NCBI GenBank assembly: GCA_964057225.1
Contig: OZ059897.1
Location: 14,880,001-14,944,000, forward strand
Direction of reading: 5' to 3'
Length of the DNA stretch: 64,000 nucleotides
Source of the DNA: Auanema rhodensis
Lineage: Eukaryota; Animalia; Nematoda
The translations under genes and the position numbers were made by a program. Positions 51,747 to 64,000 of this stretch are shown in pieces. Numbering within the stretch: the first letter of the stretch is position 1; each line of letters opens with the position of its first letter. The notes below the pieces were generated by a model. The model did not search any database. It was not told the DNA's origin and saw only the letters and a program-made list of their open reading frames with translations.

Positions 51747-52195
51747 TGTGCTTGAGCACTCTATATTCCTAAAAAACCTTAAAAACTCTATCTTTTTCTA
51801 ATACTTCATAATTCTTTATAAATCTCTTTTAACTGATCAATATTCGTGTAAGTTGAACCTAAGGCTCTTTTTACTCATGACTCATAGGCTACTCATCCCC
51901 CACGCATATCTCCGCAGAATAAGCATGAGATAACGCTTGCTTCTCCTCCCCCTTTTTGTATCTCTGAATTCTCTAAGTTAACATTATATCTTGCCTCTCG
52001 CGTTAGTATATAAGCCGAGAGGATTCCTCAAATTCTTATGTGTCAATAGTGTAAAAGAATTTATTCTTGTTACCGTTGCATAATAAATATTCTCTCCATA
52101 TTCTCTTCGATCAAGAGCACTACAAAAATCTACCACTGAACCAACTATGCCACTGCTCCGCTCACCCATTTCTAAGGACACGACGGCGCAAAACA
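51747..52195 (+). repeat. LTR (3'-LTR copy 2, 449 bp, oriented outward to the right)
   Basis: Begins TGT right after GGCCGGAG (PPT position, 14 bp past the env stop) and ends ACA. Imperfect terminal IR (TGTGCTTGAGC vs TGTTTTGCGC). TATATAA at 52007-52013 and AATAAA at 52082-52087. Confidence 0.82.
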
Positions 52196-55100
52196 CTAAA
52201 ATCAAATAAAAATAGTTTGAGATTGGGTATTCAGATGTGTAGAATCTGAAATTCCTAGTGAGATTTGGCTAGGACTTCTGCTTTTTCCGGAAATAGGGTT
52301 TATACCGAGACCATCCACAAGGTTTGATCACAAAAAAGTTCAGGCTGTTGTCACGTTGTGCCCGATGAATGAACGATTTTCTCAAAAATCATTTACTAAA
52401 ATCAAATAAAAATAGTTTGAGGTTGGGTATTCAGATGTGTAGAATCTGAAATTCCTAGTGAGATTTGACTATGACTTCTGATTTTTCCGGAAATAGGGTT
52501 TATACCGAGACCATCCACAAGGTTTATTCACAAAAAAGTTCAGGCTGTAGTCACGTTGTGCCCGATGAATGAACGATTTTCTCAAAAATCATTTACTAAA
52601 ATCAAATAAAAATAGTTTGAGATTGGGTATTCAGATGTGTAGAATCTGAAATTCCTAGTGAGATTTGGCTAGGACTTCTGCTTTTTCCGGAAATAGGGTT
52701 TATACCGAGACCATCCACAAGGTTTGTTCACAAAAAAGTTCAGGCTGTAGTCACGTTGTGCCCGATGAATGAACGATTTTCTCAAAAATCATTTACTAAA
52801 ATCAAATAAAAATAGTTTGAGATTGGGTATTCAGATGTGTAGAATCTGAAATCCCTAGTGAGATTTGACTATGACTTCTGATTTTTCCGGAAAAGGGGTT
52901 TATACCGAGACCATCCACAAGGTTTGTTCACAAAAAAGTTCAGGCTGTAGTCACGTTGTGCCCGATGAATGAACGATTTTCTCAAAAATCATTTACTAAA
53001 ATCAAATAAAAATAGTTTGAGATTGGGTATTCAGATGTGTAGAATCTGAAATCCCTAGTGAGATTTGACTATGACTTCTGATTTTTCCGGAAATAAGGTT
53101 TATACCGAGACCATCCACAAGGTTTGTTCACAAAAAAGTTCAGGCTGTAGTCACGTTGTGCCCGATGAATGAACGATTTTCTCAAAAATCATTTACTAAA
53201 ATCAAATAAAAATAGTTTGAGATTGGGTATTCAGATGTGTAGAATCTGAAATTCCTAGTGAGATTTGGCTATGACTTCTGATTTTTCCGGAAATAAGGTT
53301 TATACCGAGACCATCCACAAGGTTTGTTCACAAAAAAGTTCAGGCTGTAGTCACGTTGTGCCCGATGAATGAACGATTTTCTCAAAAATCATTTACTAAA
53401 ATCAAATAAAAATAGTTTGAGGTTGGGTATTCAGATGTGTAGAATCTGAAATCCCTAGTGAGATTTGACTATGACTTCTGATTTTTCCGGAAATAAGGTT
53501 TATACCGAGACCATCCACAAGATTTGTTCACAAAAAGTTCAGGCTGTAGTCACGTTGTGCCCGATGAATGAACGATTTTCTCAAAAATCATTTACTAAAA
53601 TCAAATAAAAATAGTTTGAGGTTGGGTATTCAGATGTGTAGAATCTGAAATTCCTAGTGAGATTTGGCTAGGACTTCTGCTTTTTCCGGAAATAGGGTTT
53701 ATACCGAGACCATCCACAAGGTTTGTTCACAAAAAAGTTCAGGCTGTAGTCACGTTGTGCCCGATGAATGAACGATTTTCTCAAAAATCATTTACTAAAA
53801 TCAAATAAAAATAGTTTGAGATTGGGTATTCAGATGTGTAGAATCTGAAATTCCTAGTGAGATTTGGCTAGGACTTCTGCTTTTTCCGGAAATAGGGTTT
53901 ATACCGAGACCATCCACAAGGTTTGTTCACAAAAAAGTTCAGGCTGTAGTCACGTTGTGCCCGATGAATGAACGATTTTCTCAAAAATCATTTACTAAAA
54001 TCAAATAAAAATAGTTTGAGACTGGGTATTCAGATGTGTAGAATCTGAAATTCCTAGTGAGATTTGGCTAGGACTTCTGCTTTTTCCGGAAATAGGGTTT
54101 ATACCGAGACCATCCACAAGGTTTGATCACAAAAAAGTTCAGGCTGTAGTCACGTTGTGCCCGATGAATGAACGATTTTCTCAAAAATCATTTACTAAAA
54201 TCAAATAAAAATAGTTTGAGATTGGGTATTCAGATGTGTAGAATCTGAAATTCCTAGTGAGATTTGACTATGACTTCTGATTTTTCCGGAAATAAGGTTT
54301 ATACCGAGACCATCCACAAGGTTTGTTCACAAAAAAGTTCAGGCTGTAGTCACGTTGTGCCCGATGAATGAACGATTTTCTCAAAAATCATTTACTAAAA
54401 TCAAATAAAAATAGTTTGAGACTGGGTATTCAGATGTGTAGAATCTGAAATTCCTAGTGAGATTTGGCTAGGACTTCTGATTTTTCCGGAAATAAGGTTT
54501 ATACCGAGACCATCCACAAGATTTGTTCACAAAAAGTTCAGGCTGTAGTCACGTTGTGCCCGATGAATGAACGATTTTCTCAAAAATCATTTACTAAAAT
54601 CAAATAAAAATAGTTTGAGATTGGGTATTCAGATGTGTAGAATCTGAAATCCCTAGTGAGATTTGACTATGACTTCTGATTTTTCCGGAAATAAGGTTTA
54701 TACCGAGACCATCCACAAGGTTTGTTCACAAAAAAGTTCAGGCTGTAGTCACGTTGTGCCCGATGAATGAACGATTTTCTCAAAAATCATTTACTAAAAT
54801 CAAATAAAAATAGTTTGAGGTTGGGTATTCAGATGTGTAGAATCTGAAATTCCTAGTGAGATTTGGCTAGGACTTCTGCTTTTTCCGGAAATAGGGTTTA
54901 TACCGAGACCATCCACAAGGTTTGATCACAAAAAAGTTCAGGCTGTTGTCACGTTGTGCCCGATGAATGAACGATTTTCTCAAAAATCATTTACTAAAAT
55001 CAAATAAAAATAGTTTGAGGTTGGGTATTCAGATGTGTAGAATCTGAAATTCCTAGTGAGATTTGGCTAGGACTTCTGATTTTTCCGGAAATAAGGTTTA

Positions 55101-58100
55101 TACCGAGACCATCCACAAGATTTGTTCACAAAAAGTTCAGGCTGTAGTCACGTTGTGCCCGATGAATGAACGATTTTCTCAAAAATCATTTACTAAAATC
55201 AAATAAAAATAGTTTGAGATTGGGTATTCAGATGTGTAGAATCTGAAATCCCTAGTGAGATTTGACTATGACTTCTGATTTTTCCGGAAATAAGGTTTAT
55301 ACCGAGACCATCCACAAGGTTTGTTCACAAAAAAGTTCAGGCTGTAGTCACGTTGTGCCCGATGAATGAACGATTTTCTCAAAAATCATTTACTAAAATC
55401 AAATAAAAATAGTTTGAGGTTGGGTATTCAGATGTGTAGAATCTGAAATCCCTAGTGAGATTTGACTATGACTTCTGATTTTTCCGGAAATAAGGTTTAT
55501 ACCGAGACCATCCACAAGATTTGTTCACAAAAAGTTCAGGCTGTAGTCACGTTGTGCCCGATGAATGAACGATTTTCTCAAAAATCATTTACTAAAATCA
55601 AATAAAAATAGTTTGAGGTTGGGTATTTAGATGTGTAGAATCTGAAATTCCTAGTGAGATTTGGCTAGGACTTCTGCTTTTTCCGGAAATAGGGTTTATA
55701 CCGAGACCATCCACAAGGTTTGATCACAAAAAAGTTCAGGCTGTTGTCACGTTGTGCCCGATGAATGAACGATTTTCTCAAAAATCATTTACTAAAATCA
55801 AATAAAAATAGTTTGAGGTTGGGTATTCAGATGTGTAGAATCTGAAATTCCTAGTGAGATTTGACTATGACTTCTGATTTTTCCGGAAATAGGGTTTATA
55901 CCGAGACCATCCACAAGGTTTATTCACAAAAAAGTTCAGGCTGTAGTCACGTTGTGCCCGATGAATGAACGATTTTCTCAAAAATCATTTACTAAAATCA
56001 AATAAAAATAGTTTGAGATTGGGTATTCAGATGTGTAGAATCTGAAATTCCTAGTGAGATTTGGCTAGGACTTCTGCTTTTTCCGGAAATAGGGTTTATA
56101 CCGAGACCATCCACAAGGTTTGTTCACAAAAAAGTTCAGGCTGTAGTCACGTTGTGCCCGATGAATGAACGATTTTCTCAAAAATCATTCACTAAAATCA
56201 AATAAAAATAGTTTGAGATTGGGTATTCAGATGTGTAGAATCTGAAATCCCTAGTTAGATTTGACTATGACTTCTGATTTTTCCGGAAAAGGGGTTTATA
56301 CCGAGACCATCCACAAGGTTTGTTCACAAAAAAGTTCAGGCTGTAGTCACGTTGTGCCCGATGAATGAACGATTTTCTCAAAAATCATTTACTAAAATCA
56401 AATAAAAATAGTTTGAGATTGGGTATTCAGATGTGTAGAATCTGAAATCCCTAGTGAGATTTGACTATGACTTCTGATTTTTCCGGAAATAAGGTTTATA
56501 CCGAGACCATCCACAAGGTTTGTTCACAAAAAAGTTCAGGCTGTAGTCACGTTGTGCCCGATGAATGAACGATTTTCTCAAAAATCATTTACTAAAATCA
56601 AATAAAAATAGTTTGAGATTGGGTATTCAGATGTGTAGAATCTGAAATTCCTAGTGAGATTTGGCTATGACTTCTGATTTTTCCGGAAATAAGGTTTATA
56701 CCGAGACCATCCACAAGGTTTGTTCACAAAAAAGTTCAGGCTGTAGTCACGTTGTGCCCGATGAATGAACGATTTTCTCAAAAATCATTTACTAAAATCA
56801 AATAAAAATAGTTTGAGGTTGGGTATTCAGATGTGTAGAATCTGAAATCCCTAGTGAGATTTGACTATGACTTCTGATTTTTCCGGAAATAAGGTTTATA
56901 CCGAGACCATCCACAAGATTTGTTCACAAAAAGTTCAGGCTGTAGTCACGTTGTGCCCGATGAATGAACGATTTTCTCAAAAATCATTTACTAAAATCAA
57001 ATAAAAATAGTTTGAGGTTGGGTATTCAGATGTGTAGAATCTGAAATTCCTAGTGAGATTTGGCTAGGACTTCTGCTTTTTCCGGAAATAGGGTTTATAC
57101 CGAGACCATCCACAAGGTTTGTTCACAAAAAAGTTCAGGCTGTAGTCACGTTGTGCCCGATGAATGAACGATTTTCTCAAAAATCATTCACTAAAATCAA
57201 ATAAAAATAGTTTGAGATTGGGTATTCAGATGTGTAGAATCTGAAATTCCTAGTGAGATTTGGCTAGGACTTCTGCTTTTTCCGGAAATAGGGTTTATAC
57301 CGAGACCATCCACAAGGTTTGATCACAAAAAAGTTCAGGCTGTTGTCACGTTGTGCCCGATGAATGAACGATTTTCTCAAAAATCATTTACTAAAATCAA
57401 ATAAAAATAGTTTGAGGTTGGGTATTCAGATGTGTAGAATCTGAAATTCCTAGTGAGATTTGACTATGACTTCTGATTTTTCCGGAAATAGGGTTTATAC
57501 CGAGACCATCCACAAGGTTTATTCACAAAAAAGTTCAGGCTGTAGTCACGTTGTGCCCGATGAATGAACGATTTTCTCAAAAATCATTTACTAAAATCAA
57601 ATAAAAATAGTTTGAGATTGGGTATTCAGATGTGTAGAATCTGAAATTCCTAGTGAGATTTGGCTAGGACTTCTGCTTTTTCCGGAAATAGGGTTTATAC
57701 CGAGACCATCCACAAGGTTTGTTCACAAAAAAGTTCAGGCTGTAGTCACGTTGTGCCCGATGAATGAACGATTTTCTCAAAAATCATTCACTAAAATCAA
57801 ATAAAAATAGTTTGAGATTGGGTATTCAGATGTGTAGAATCTGAAATCCCTAGTTAGATTTGACTATGACTTCTGATTTTTCCGGAAAAGGGGTTTATAC
57901 CGAGACCATCCACAAGGTTTGTTCACAAAAAAGTTCAGGCTGTAGTCACGTTGTGCCCGATGAATGAACGATTTTCTCAAAAATCATTTACTAAAATCAA
58001 ATAAAAATAGTTTGAGATTGGGTATTCAGATGTGTAGAATCTGAAATCCCTAGTGAGATTTGACTATGACTTCTGATTTTTCCGGAAATAAGGTTTATAC

Positions 58101-61100
58101 CGAGACCATCCACAAGGTTTGTTCACAAAAAAGTTCAGGCTGTAGTCACGTTGTGCCCGATGAATGAACGATTTTCTCAAAAATCATTTACTAAAATCAA
58201 ATAAAAATAGTTTGAGATTGGGTATTCAGATGTGTAGAATCTGAAATTCCTAGTGAGATTTGACTATGACTTCTGATTTTTCCGGAAATAAGGTTTATAC
58301 CGAGACCATCCACAAGGTTTGTTCACAAAAAAGTTCAGGCTGTAGTCACGTTGTGCCCGATGAATGAACGATTTTCTCAAAAATCATTTACTAAAATCAA
58401 ATAAAAATAGTTTGAGGTTGGGTATTCAGATGTGTAGAATCTGAAATCCCTAGTGAGATTTGACTATGACTTCTGATTTTTCCGGAAATAAGGTTTATAC
58501 CGAGACCATCCACAAGATTTGTTCACAAAAAGTTCAGGCTGTAGTCACGTTGTGCCCGATGAATGAACGATTTTCTCAAAAATCATTTACTAAAATCAAA
58601 TAAAAATAGTTTGAGGTTGGGTATTCAGATGTGTAGAATCTGAAATTCCTAGTGAGATTTGGCTAGGACTTCTGCTTTTTCCGGAAATAGGGTTTATACC
58701 GAGACCATCCACAAGGTTTGTTCACAAAAAAGTTCAGGCTGTAGTCACGTTGTGCCCGATGAATGAACGATTTTCTCAAAAATCATTTACTAAAATCAAA
58801 TAAAAATAGTTTGAGACTGGGTATTCAGATGTGTAGAATCTGAAATTCCTAGTGAGATTTGGCTAGGACTTCTGCTTTTTCCGGAAATAGGGTTTATACC
58901 GAGACCATCCACAAGGTTTGATCACAAAAAAGTTCAGGCTGTAGTCACGTTGTGCCCGATGAATGAACGATTTTCTCAAAAATCATTTACTAAAATCAAA
59001 TAAAAATAGTTTGAGATTGGGTATTCAGATGTGTAGAATCTGAAATTCCTAGTGAGATTTGACTATGACTTCTGATTTTTCCGGAAATAAGGTTTATACC
59101 GAGACCATCCACAAGATTTGTTCACAAAAAGTTCAGGCTGTAGTCACGTTGTGCCCGATGAATGAACGATTTTCTCAAAAATCATTTACTAAAATCAAAT
59201 AAAAATAGTTTGAGATTGGGTATTCAGATGTGTAGAATCTGAAATTCCTAGTGAGATTTGACTATGACTTCTGATTTTTCCGGAAATAAGGTTTATACCG
59301 AGACCATCCACAAGATTTGTTCACAAAAAGTTCAGGCTGTAGTCACGTTGTGCCCGATGAATGAACGATTTTCTCAAAAATCATTTACTAAAATCAAATA
59401 AAAATAGTTTGAGATTGGGTATTCAGATGTGTAGAATCTGAAATCCCTAGTGAGATTTGACTATGACTTCTGATTTTTCCGGAAATAAGGTTTATACCGA
59501 GACCATCCACAAGATTTGTTCACAAAAAGTTCAGGCTGTAGTCACGTTGTGCCCGATGAATGAACGATTTTCTCAAAAATCATTTACTAAAATCAAATAA
59601 AAATAGTTTGAGATTGGGTATTCAGATGTGTAGAATCTGAAATTCCTAGTGAGATTTGGCTAGGACTTCTGCTTTTTCCGGAAATAGGGTTTATACCGAG
59701 ACCATCCACAAGGTTTGTTCACAAAAAAGTTCAGGCTGTAGTCACGTTGTGCCCGATGAATGAACGATTTTCTCAAAAATCATTTACTAAAATCAAATAA
59801 AAATAGTTTGAGATTGGGTATTCAGATGTGTAGAATCTGAAATTCCTAGTGAGATTTGGCTAGGACTTCTGCTTTTTCCGGAAATAGGGTTTATACCGAG
59901 ACCATCCACAAGGTTTGTTCACAAAAAAGTTCAGGCTGTAGTCACGTTGTGCCCGATGAATGAACGATTTTCTCAAAAATCATTTACTAAAATCAAATAA
60001 AAATAGTTTGAGGTTGGGTATTCAGATGTGTAGAATCTGAAATTCCTAGTGAGATTTGACTATGACTTCTGATTTTTCCGGAAATAGGGTTTATACCGAG
60101 ACCATCCACAAGGTTTGTTCACAAAAAAGTTCAGGCTGTAGTCACGTTGTGCCCGATGAATGAACGATTTTTCCAAAAATCATTTACTAAAATCAAATAA
60201 AAATAGTTTGAGGTTGGGTATTCAGATGTGTAGAATCTGAAATCCCTAGTGAGATTTGGCTAGGACTTCTGCTTTTTCCGGAAAAGGGGTTTATACCGAG
60301 ACCATCCACAAGGTTTGTTCACAAAAAAGTTCAGGCTGTAGTCACGTTGTGCCCGATGAATGAACGATTTTCTCAAAAATCATTTACTAAAATCAAATAA
60401 AAATAGTTTGAGATTGGGTATTCAGATGTGTAGAATCTGAAATCCCTAGTGAGATTTGACTATGACTTCTGATTTTTCCGGAAATAGGGTTTATACCGAG
60501 ACCATCCACAAGGTTTGTTCACAAAAAAGTTCAGGCTGTAGTCACGTTGTGCCCGATGAATGAACGATTTTCTCAAAAATCATTTACTAAAATCAAATAA
60601 AAATAGTTTGAGATTGGGTATTCAGATGTGTAGAATCTGAAATCCCTAGTGAGATTTGGCTAGGACTTCTGCTTTTTCCGGAAAAGGGGTTTATACCGAG
60701 ACCATCCACAAGGTTTGTTCACAAAAAAGTTCAGGCTGTAGTCACGTTGTGCCCGATGAATGAACGATTTTCTCAAAAATCATTTACTAAAATCAAATAA
60801 AAATAGTTTGAGGTTGGGTATTCAGATGTGTAGAATCTTAAATTCCTATTGAGATTTGGCTAGGACTTCTGCTTTTTCCGGAAAAGGGGTTTATACCGAG
60901 ACCATCCACAAGGTTTGTTCACAAAAAAGTTCAGGCTGTAGTCACGTTGTGCCCGATGAATGAACGATTTTCTCAAAAATCATTTACTAAAATCAAATAA
61001 AAACAAATTGAGGTTGGGTATTCAGATGTGTAGAATCTTAAATTCCTATTGAGATTTGGCTAGGACTTCTGCTTTTTCCGGAAAAGGGGTTTATACCGAG

Positions 61101-64000
61101 ACCATCCACAAGGTTTGTTCACAAAAAAGTTCAGGCTGTAGTCACGTTGTGCCCGATGAATGAACGATTTTCTCAAAAATCATTTACTAAAATCAAATAA
61201 AAACAAATTGAGGTTGGGTATTCAGATGTGTAGAATCTTAAATTCCTAGTGAGATTTGACTATGACTTCTGATTTTTCCGGAAAAGGGGTTTATACCGAG
61301 ACCATCCACAAGGTTTGTTCACAAAAAAATTCAGGCTGTAGTCACGTTGTGCCCGATGAATGAACGATTTTCTCAAAAATCATTTACTAAAATCAAATAA
61401 AAATAGTTTGAGATTGGGTATTCAGATGTGTAGAATCTGAAATTCCTAGTGAGATTTGACTATGACTTCTGATTTTTCCGGAAATAAGGTTTATACCGAG
61501 ACCATCCACAAGGTTTGTTCACAAAAAAGTTCAGGCTGTAGTCACGTTGTGCCCGATGAATGAACGATTTTCTCAAAAATCATTTACTAAAATCAAATAA
61601 AAACAAATTGAGGTTGGGTATTCAGATGTGTAGAATCTTAAATTCCTAGTGAGATTTGACTATGACTTCTGATTTTTCCGGAAATAAGGTTTATACCGAG
61701 ACCATCCACAAGGTTTGTTCACAAAAAAGTTCAGGCTGTAGTCACGTTGTGCCCGATGAATGAACGATTTTCTCAAAAATCATTTACTAAAATCAAATAA
61801 AAATAGTTTGAGATTGGGTATTCAGATGTGTAGAATCTGAAATTCCTAGTGAGATTTGACTATGACTTCTGATTTTTCCGGAAATAAGGTTTATACCGAG
61901 ACCATCCACAAGGTTTGTTCACAAAAAAGTTCAGGCTGTAGTCACGTTGTGCCCGATGAATGAACGATTTTCTCAAAAATCATTTACTAAAATCAAATAA
62001 AAATAGTTTGAGATTGGGTATTCAGATGTGTAGAATCTGAAATTCCTATTGAGATTTGGCTAGGACTTCTGTTTTTTCCGGAAAAGGGGTTTATACCGAG
62101 ACCATCCACAAGGTTTGTTCACAAAAAAGTTCAGGCTGTAGTCACGTTGTGCCCGATGAATGAACGATTTTCTCAAAAATCATTTAATAAAATCAAATAA
62201 AAATAGTTTGAGATTGGGTATTCAGATGTGTAGAATCTGAAATCCCTAGTGAGATTTGACTATGACTTCTGATTTTTCCGGAAAAGGGGTTTATACCGAG
62301 ACCATCCACAAGGTTTGTTCACAAAAAAGTTCAGGCTGTAGTCAAGTTGTGCCAGATGAATGAACGATTTTCTCAAAAATCATTTACTAAAATCAAATAA
62401 AAATAGTTTGAGGTTGGGTATTCAGATGTGTAGAATCTGAAATTCCTAGTGAGATTTGACTATGACTTCTGATTTTTCCGGAAATAGGGTTTATACCGAG
62501 ACCATCCACAAGGTTTGTTCACAAAAAGTTCAGGCTGTAGTCACGTTGTGCCCGATGAATGAACGATTTTTCCAAAAATCATTTACTAAAATCAAATAAA
62601 AATAGTTTGAGATTGGGTATTCAGATGTGTAGAATCTGAAATCCCTAGTGAGATTTGGCTAGGACTTCTGCTTTTTCCGGAAATAGGGTTTATACCGAGA
62701 CCATCCACAAGGTTTGTTCACAAAAAGTTCAGGCTGTAGTCACGTTGTGCCCGATGAATGAACGATTTTCTCAAAAATCATTTACTAAAATCAAATAAAA
62801 ATAGTTTGAGATTGGGTATTCAGATGTGTAGAATCTGAAATTCCTATTGAGATTTGGCTAGGACTTCTGCTTTTTCCGGAAATAGGGTTTATACCGAGAC
62901 CATCCACAAGGTTTGTTCACAAAAAAGTTCAGGCTATAGTCACGTTGTGCCCGATGAATGAACGATTTTTCCAAAAATCATTTACTAAAATCAAATAAAA
63001 ATAGTTTGAGATTGGGTATTCAGATGTGTAGAATCTGAAATCCCTAGTGAGATTTGGCTAGGACTTCTGCTTTTTCCGGAAATAGGGTTTATACCGAGAC
63101 CATCCACAAGGTTTGTTCACAAAAAGTTCAGGCTGTAGTCACGTTGTGCCCGATGAATGAACGATTTTCTCAAAAATCATTTACTAAAATCGAATAAAAA
63201 CAAATTGAGGTTGGGTATTCAGATGTGTAGAATCTGAAATTCCTATTGAGATTTGGCTAGGACTTCTGCTTTTTCCGGAAAAGGGGTTTATACCGAGACC
63301 ATCCACAAGGTTTGTTCACAAAAAAGTTCAGGCTATAGTCACGTTGTGCCCGATGAATGAACGATTTTCTCAAAAATCATTTACTAAAATCAAATAAAAA
63401 CAAATTGAGGTTGGGTATTCAGATGTGTAGAATCTGAAATTCCTATTGAGATTTGGCTAGGACTTCTGCTTTTTCCGGAAAAGGGGTTTATACCGAGACC
63501 ATCCACAAGGTTTGTTCACAAAAAAGTTCAGGCTGTAGTCACGTTGTGCCCGATGAATGAACGATTTTCTCAAAAATCATTTACTAAAATCAAATAAAAA
63601 CAAATTGAGGTTGGGTATTCAGATGTGTAGAATCTGAAATTCCTATTGAGATTTGGCTAGGACTTCTGCTTTTTCCGGAAAAGGGGTTTATACCGAGACC
63701 ATCCACAAGGTTTGTTCACAAAAAAGTTCAGGCTGTAGTCACGTTGTGCCCGATGAATGAACGATTTTCTCAAAAATCATTTACTAAAATCAAATAAAAA
63801 CAAATTGAGGTTGGGTATTCAGATGTGTAGAATCTGAAATTCCTATTGAGATTTGGCTAGGACTTCTGCTTTTTCCGGAAAAGGGGTTTATACCGAGACC
63901 ATCCACAAGGTTTGTTCACAAAAAGTTCAGGCTGTAGTCACGTTGTGCCCGATGAATGAACGATTTTCTCAAAAATCATTTACTAAAATCGAATAAAAAC
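52196..64000 (+). repeat. 200-bp tandem satellite array, distal block (about 59 monomers, continues beyond the window)
   Basis: Same monomer, orientation and register as the proximal block. Confidence 0.98.

Larger units (their letters stand above)
47016..52195. mobile_element. Fold-back (palindromic) gag/pol-less derivative of an env-bearing BEL/Pao LTR retrotransposon
   Basis: TG...CA ends; direct CTAAA at 47011-47015 and 52196-52200. Inverted arms 47016-49109 and 50102-52195 (mirror coordinates sum to 99211), spacer 49110-50101. Contains only env-type coding sequence and LTRs. Confidence 0.9.

Noticed and set aside
47016-52195. DNA transposon with long TIRs (Foldback/Maverick type)
   Set aside because: No transposase, integrase or polymerase is present; the inverted arms consist of retroelement env plus an LTR with TGT...ACA ends.
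40395-64000. CRISPR array, or tandem tRNA/5S/SL RNA gene cluster
   Set aside because: Monomers repeat in full with no unique spacers, the context is eukaryotic, and I found no cloverleaf, B-box, 5S or spliced-leader sequence in the monomer.

Overview
AT-rich nematode (rhabditid-like) genomic DNA with short GT-AG introns and TTTCAG-type acceptors. The window has two parts. Positions 1 to ~38.5 kb are gene-dense: i-type lysozyme, Srg-type chemoreceptor, SLC10 symporter, CFAP20 with an X-box, a full-length TSC2/tuberin, a CYTH protein, a GLUT-like transporter, rpl-7A and three cuticle collagens. From ~39.2 kb the sequence switches abruptly to repeats: a 15-bp/27-bp minisatellite, then a 200-bp satellite array running to the window end. 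The standout feature lies inside the satellite at 47016-52195. It is a 5,180-bp fold-back BEL/Pao (belpaovirus) LTR element with no gag or pol. It consists of two head-to-head, apparently identical 2,094-bp arms (3' part of a phlebovirus-Gc-like env plus a 449-bp LTR) around a 992-bp spacer. Both ends are therefore the same (U5) LTR end, yet the element has TG...CA termini and a clean direct 5-bp target duplication (CTAAA) in an uninverted satellite. Secondary leads are a candidate DNA-elimination/telomere-healing palindrome at the gene/repeat boundary, exon-limited gene conversion between two collagens, an NMD-type alternative donor in rpl-7A, and TSC2 retained in a nematode. Exon boundaries and identities were read by eye, not computed.
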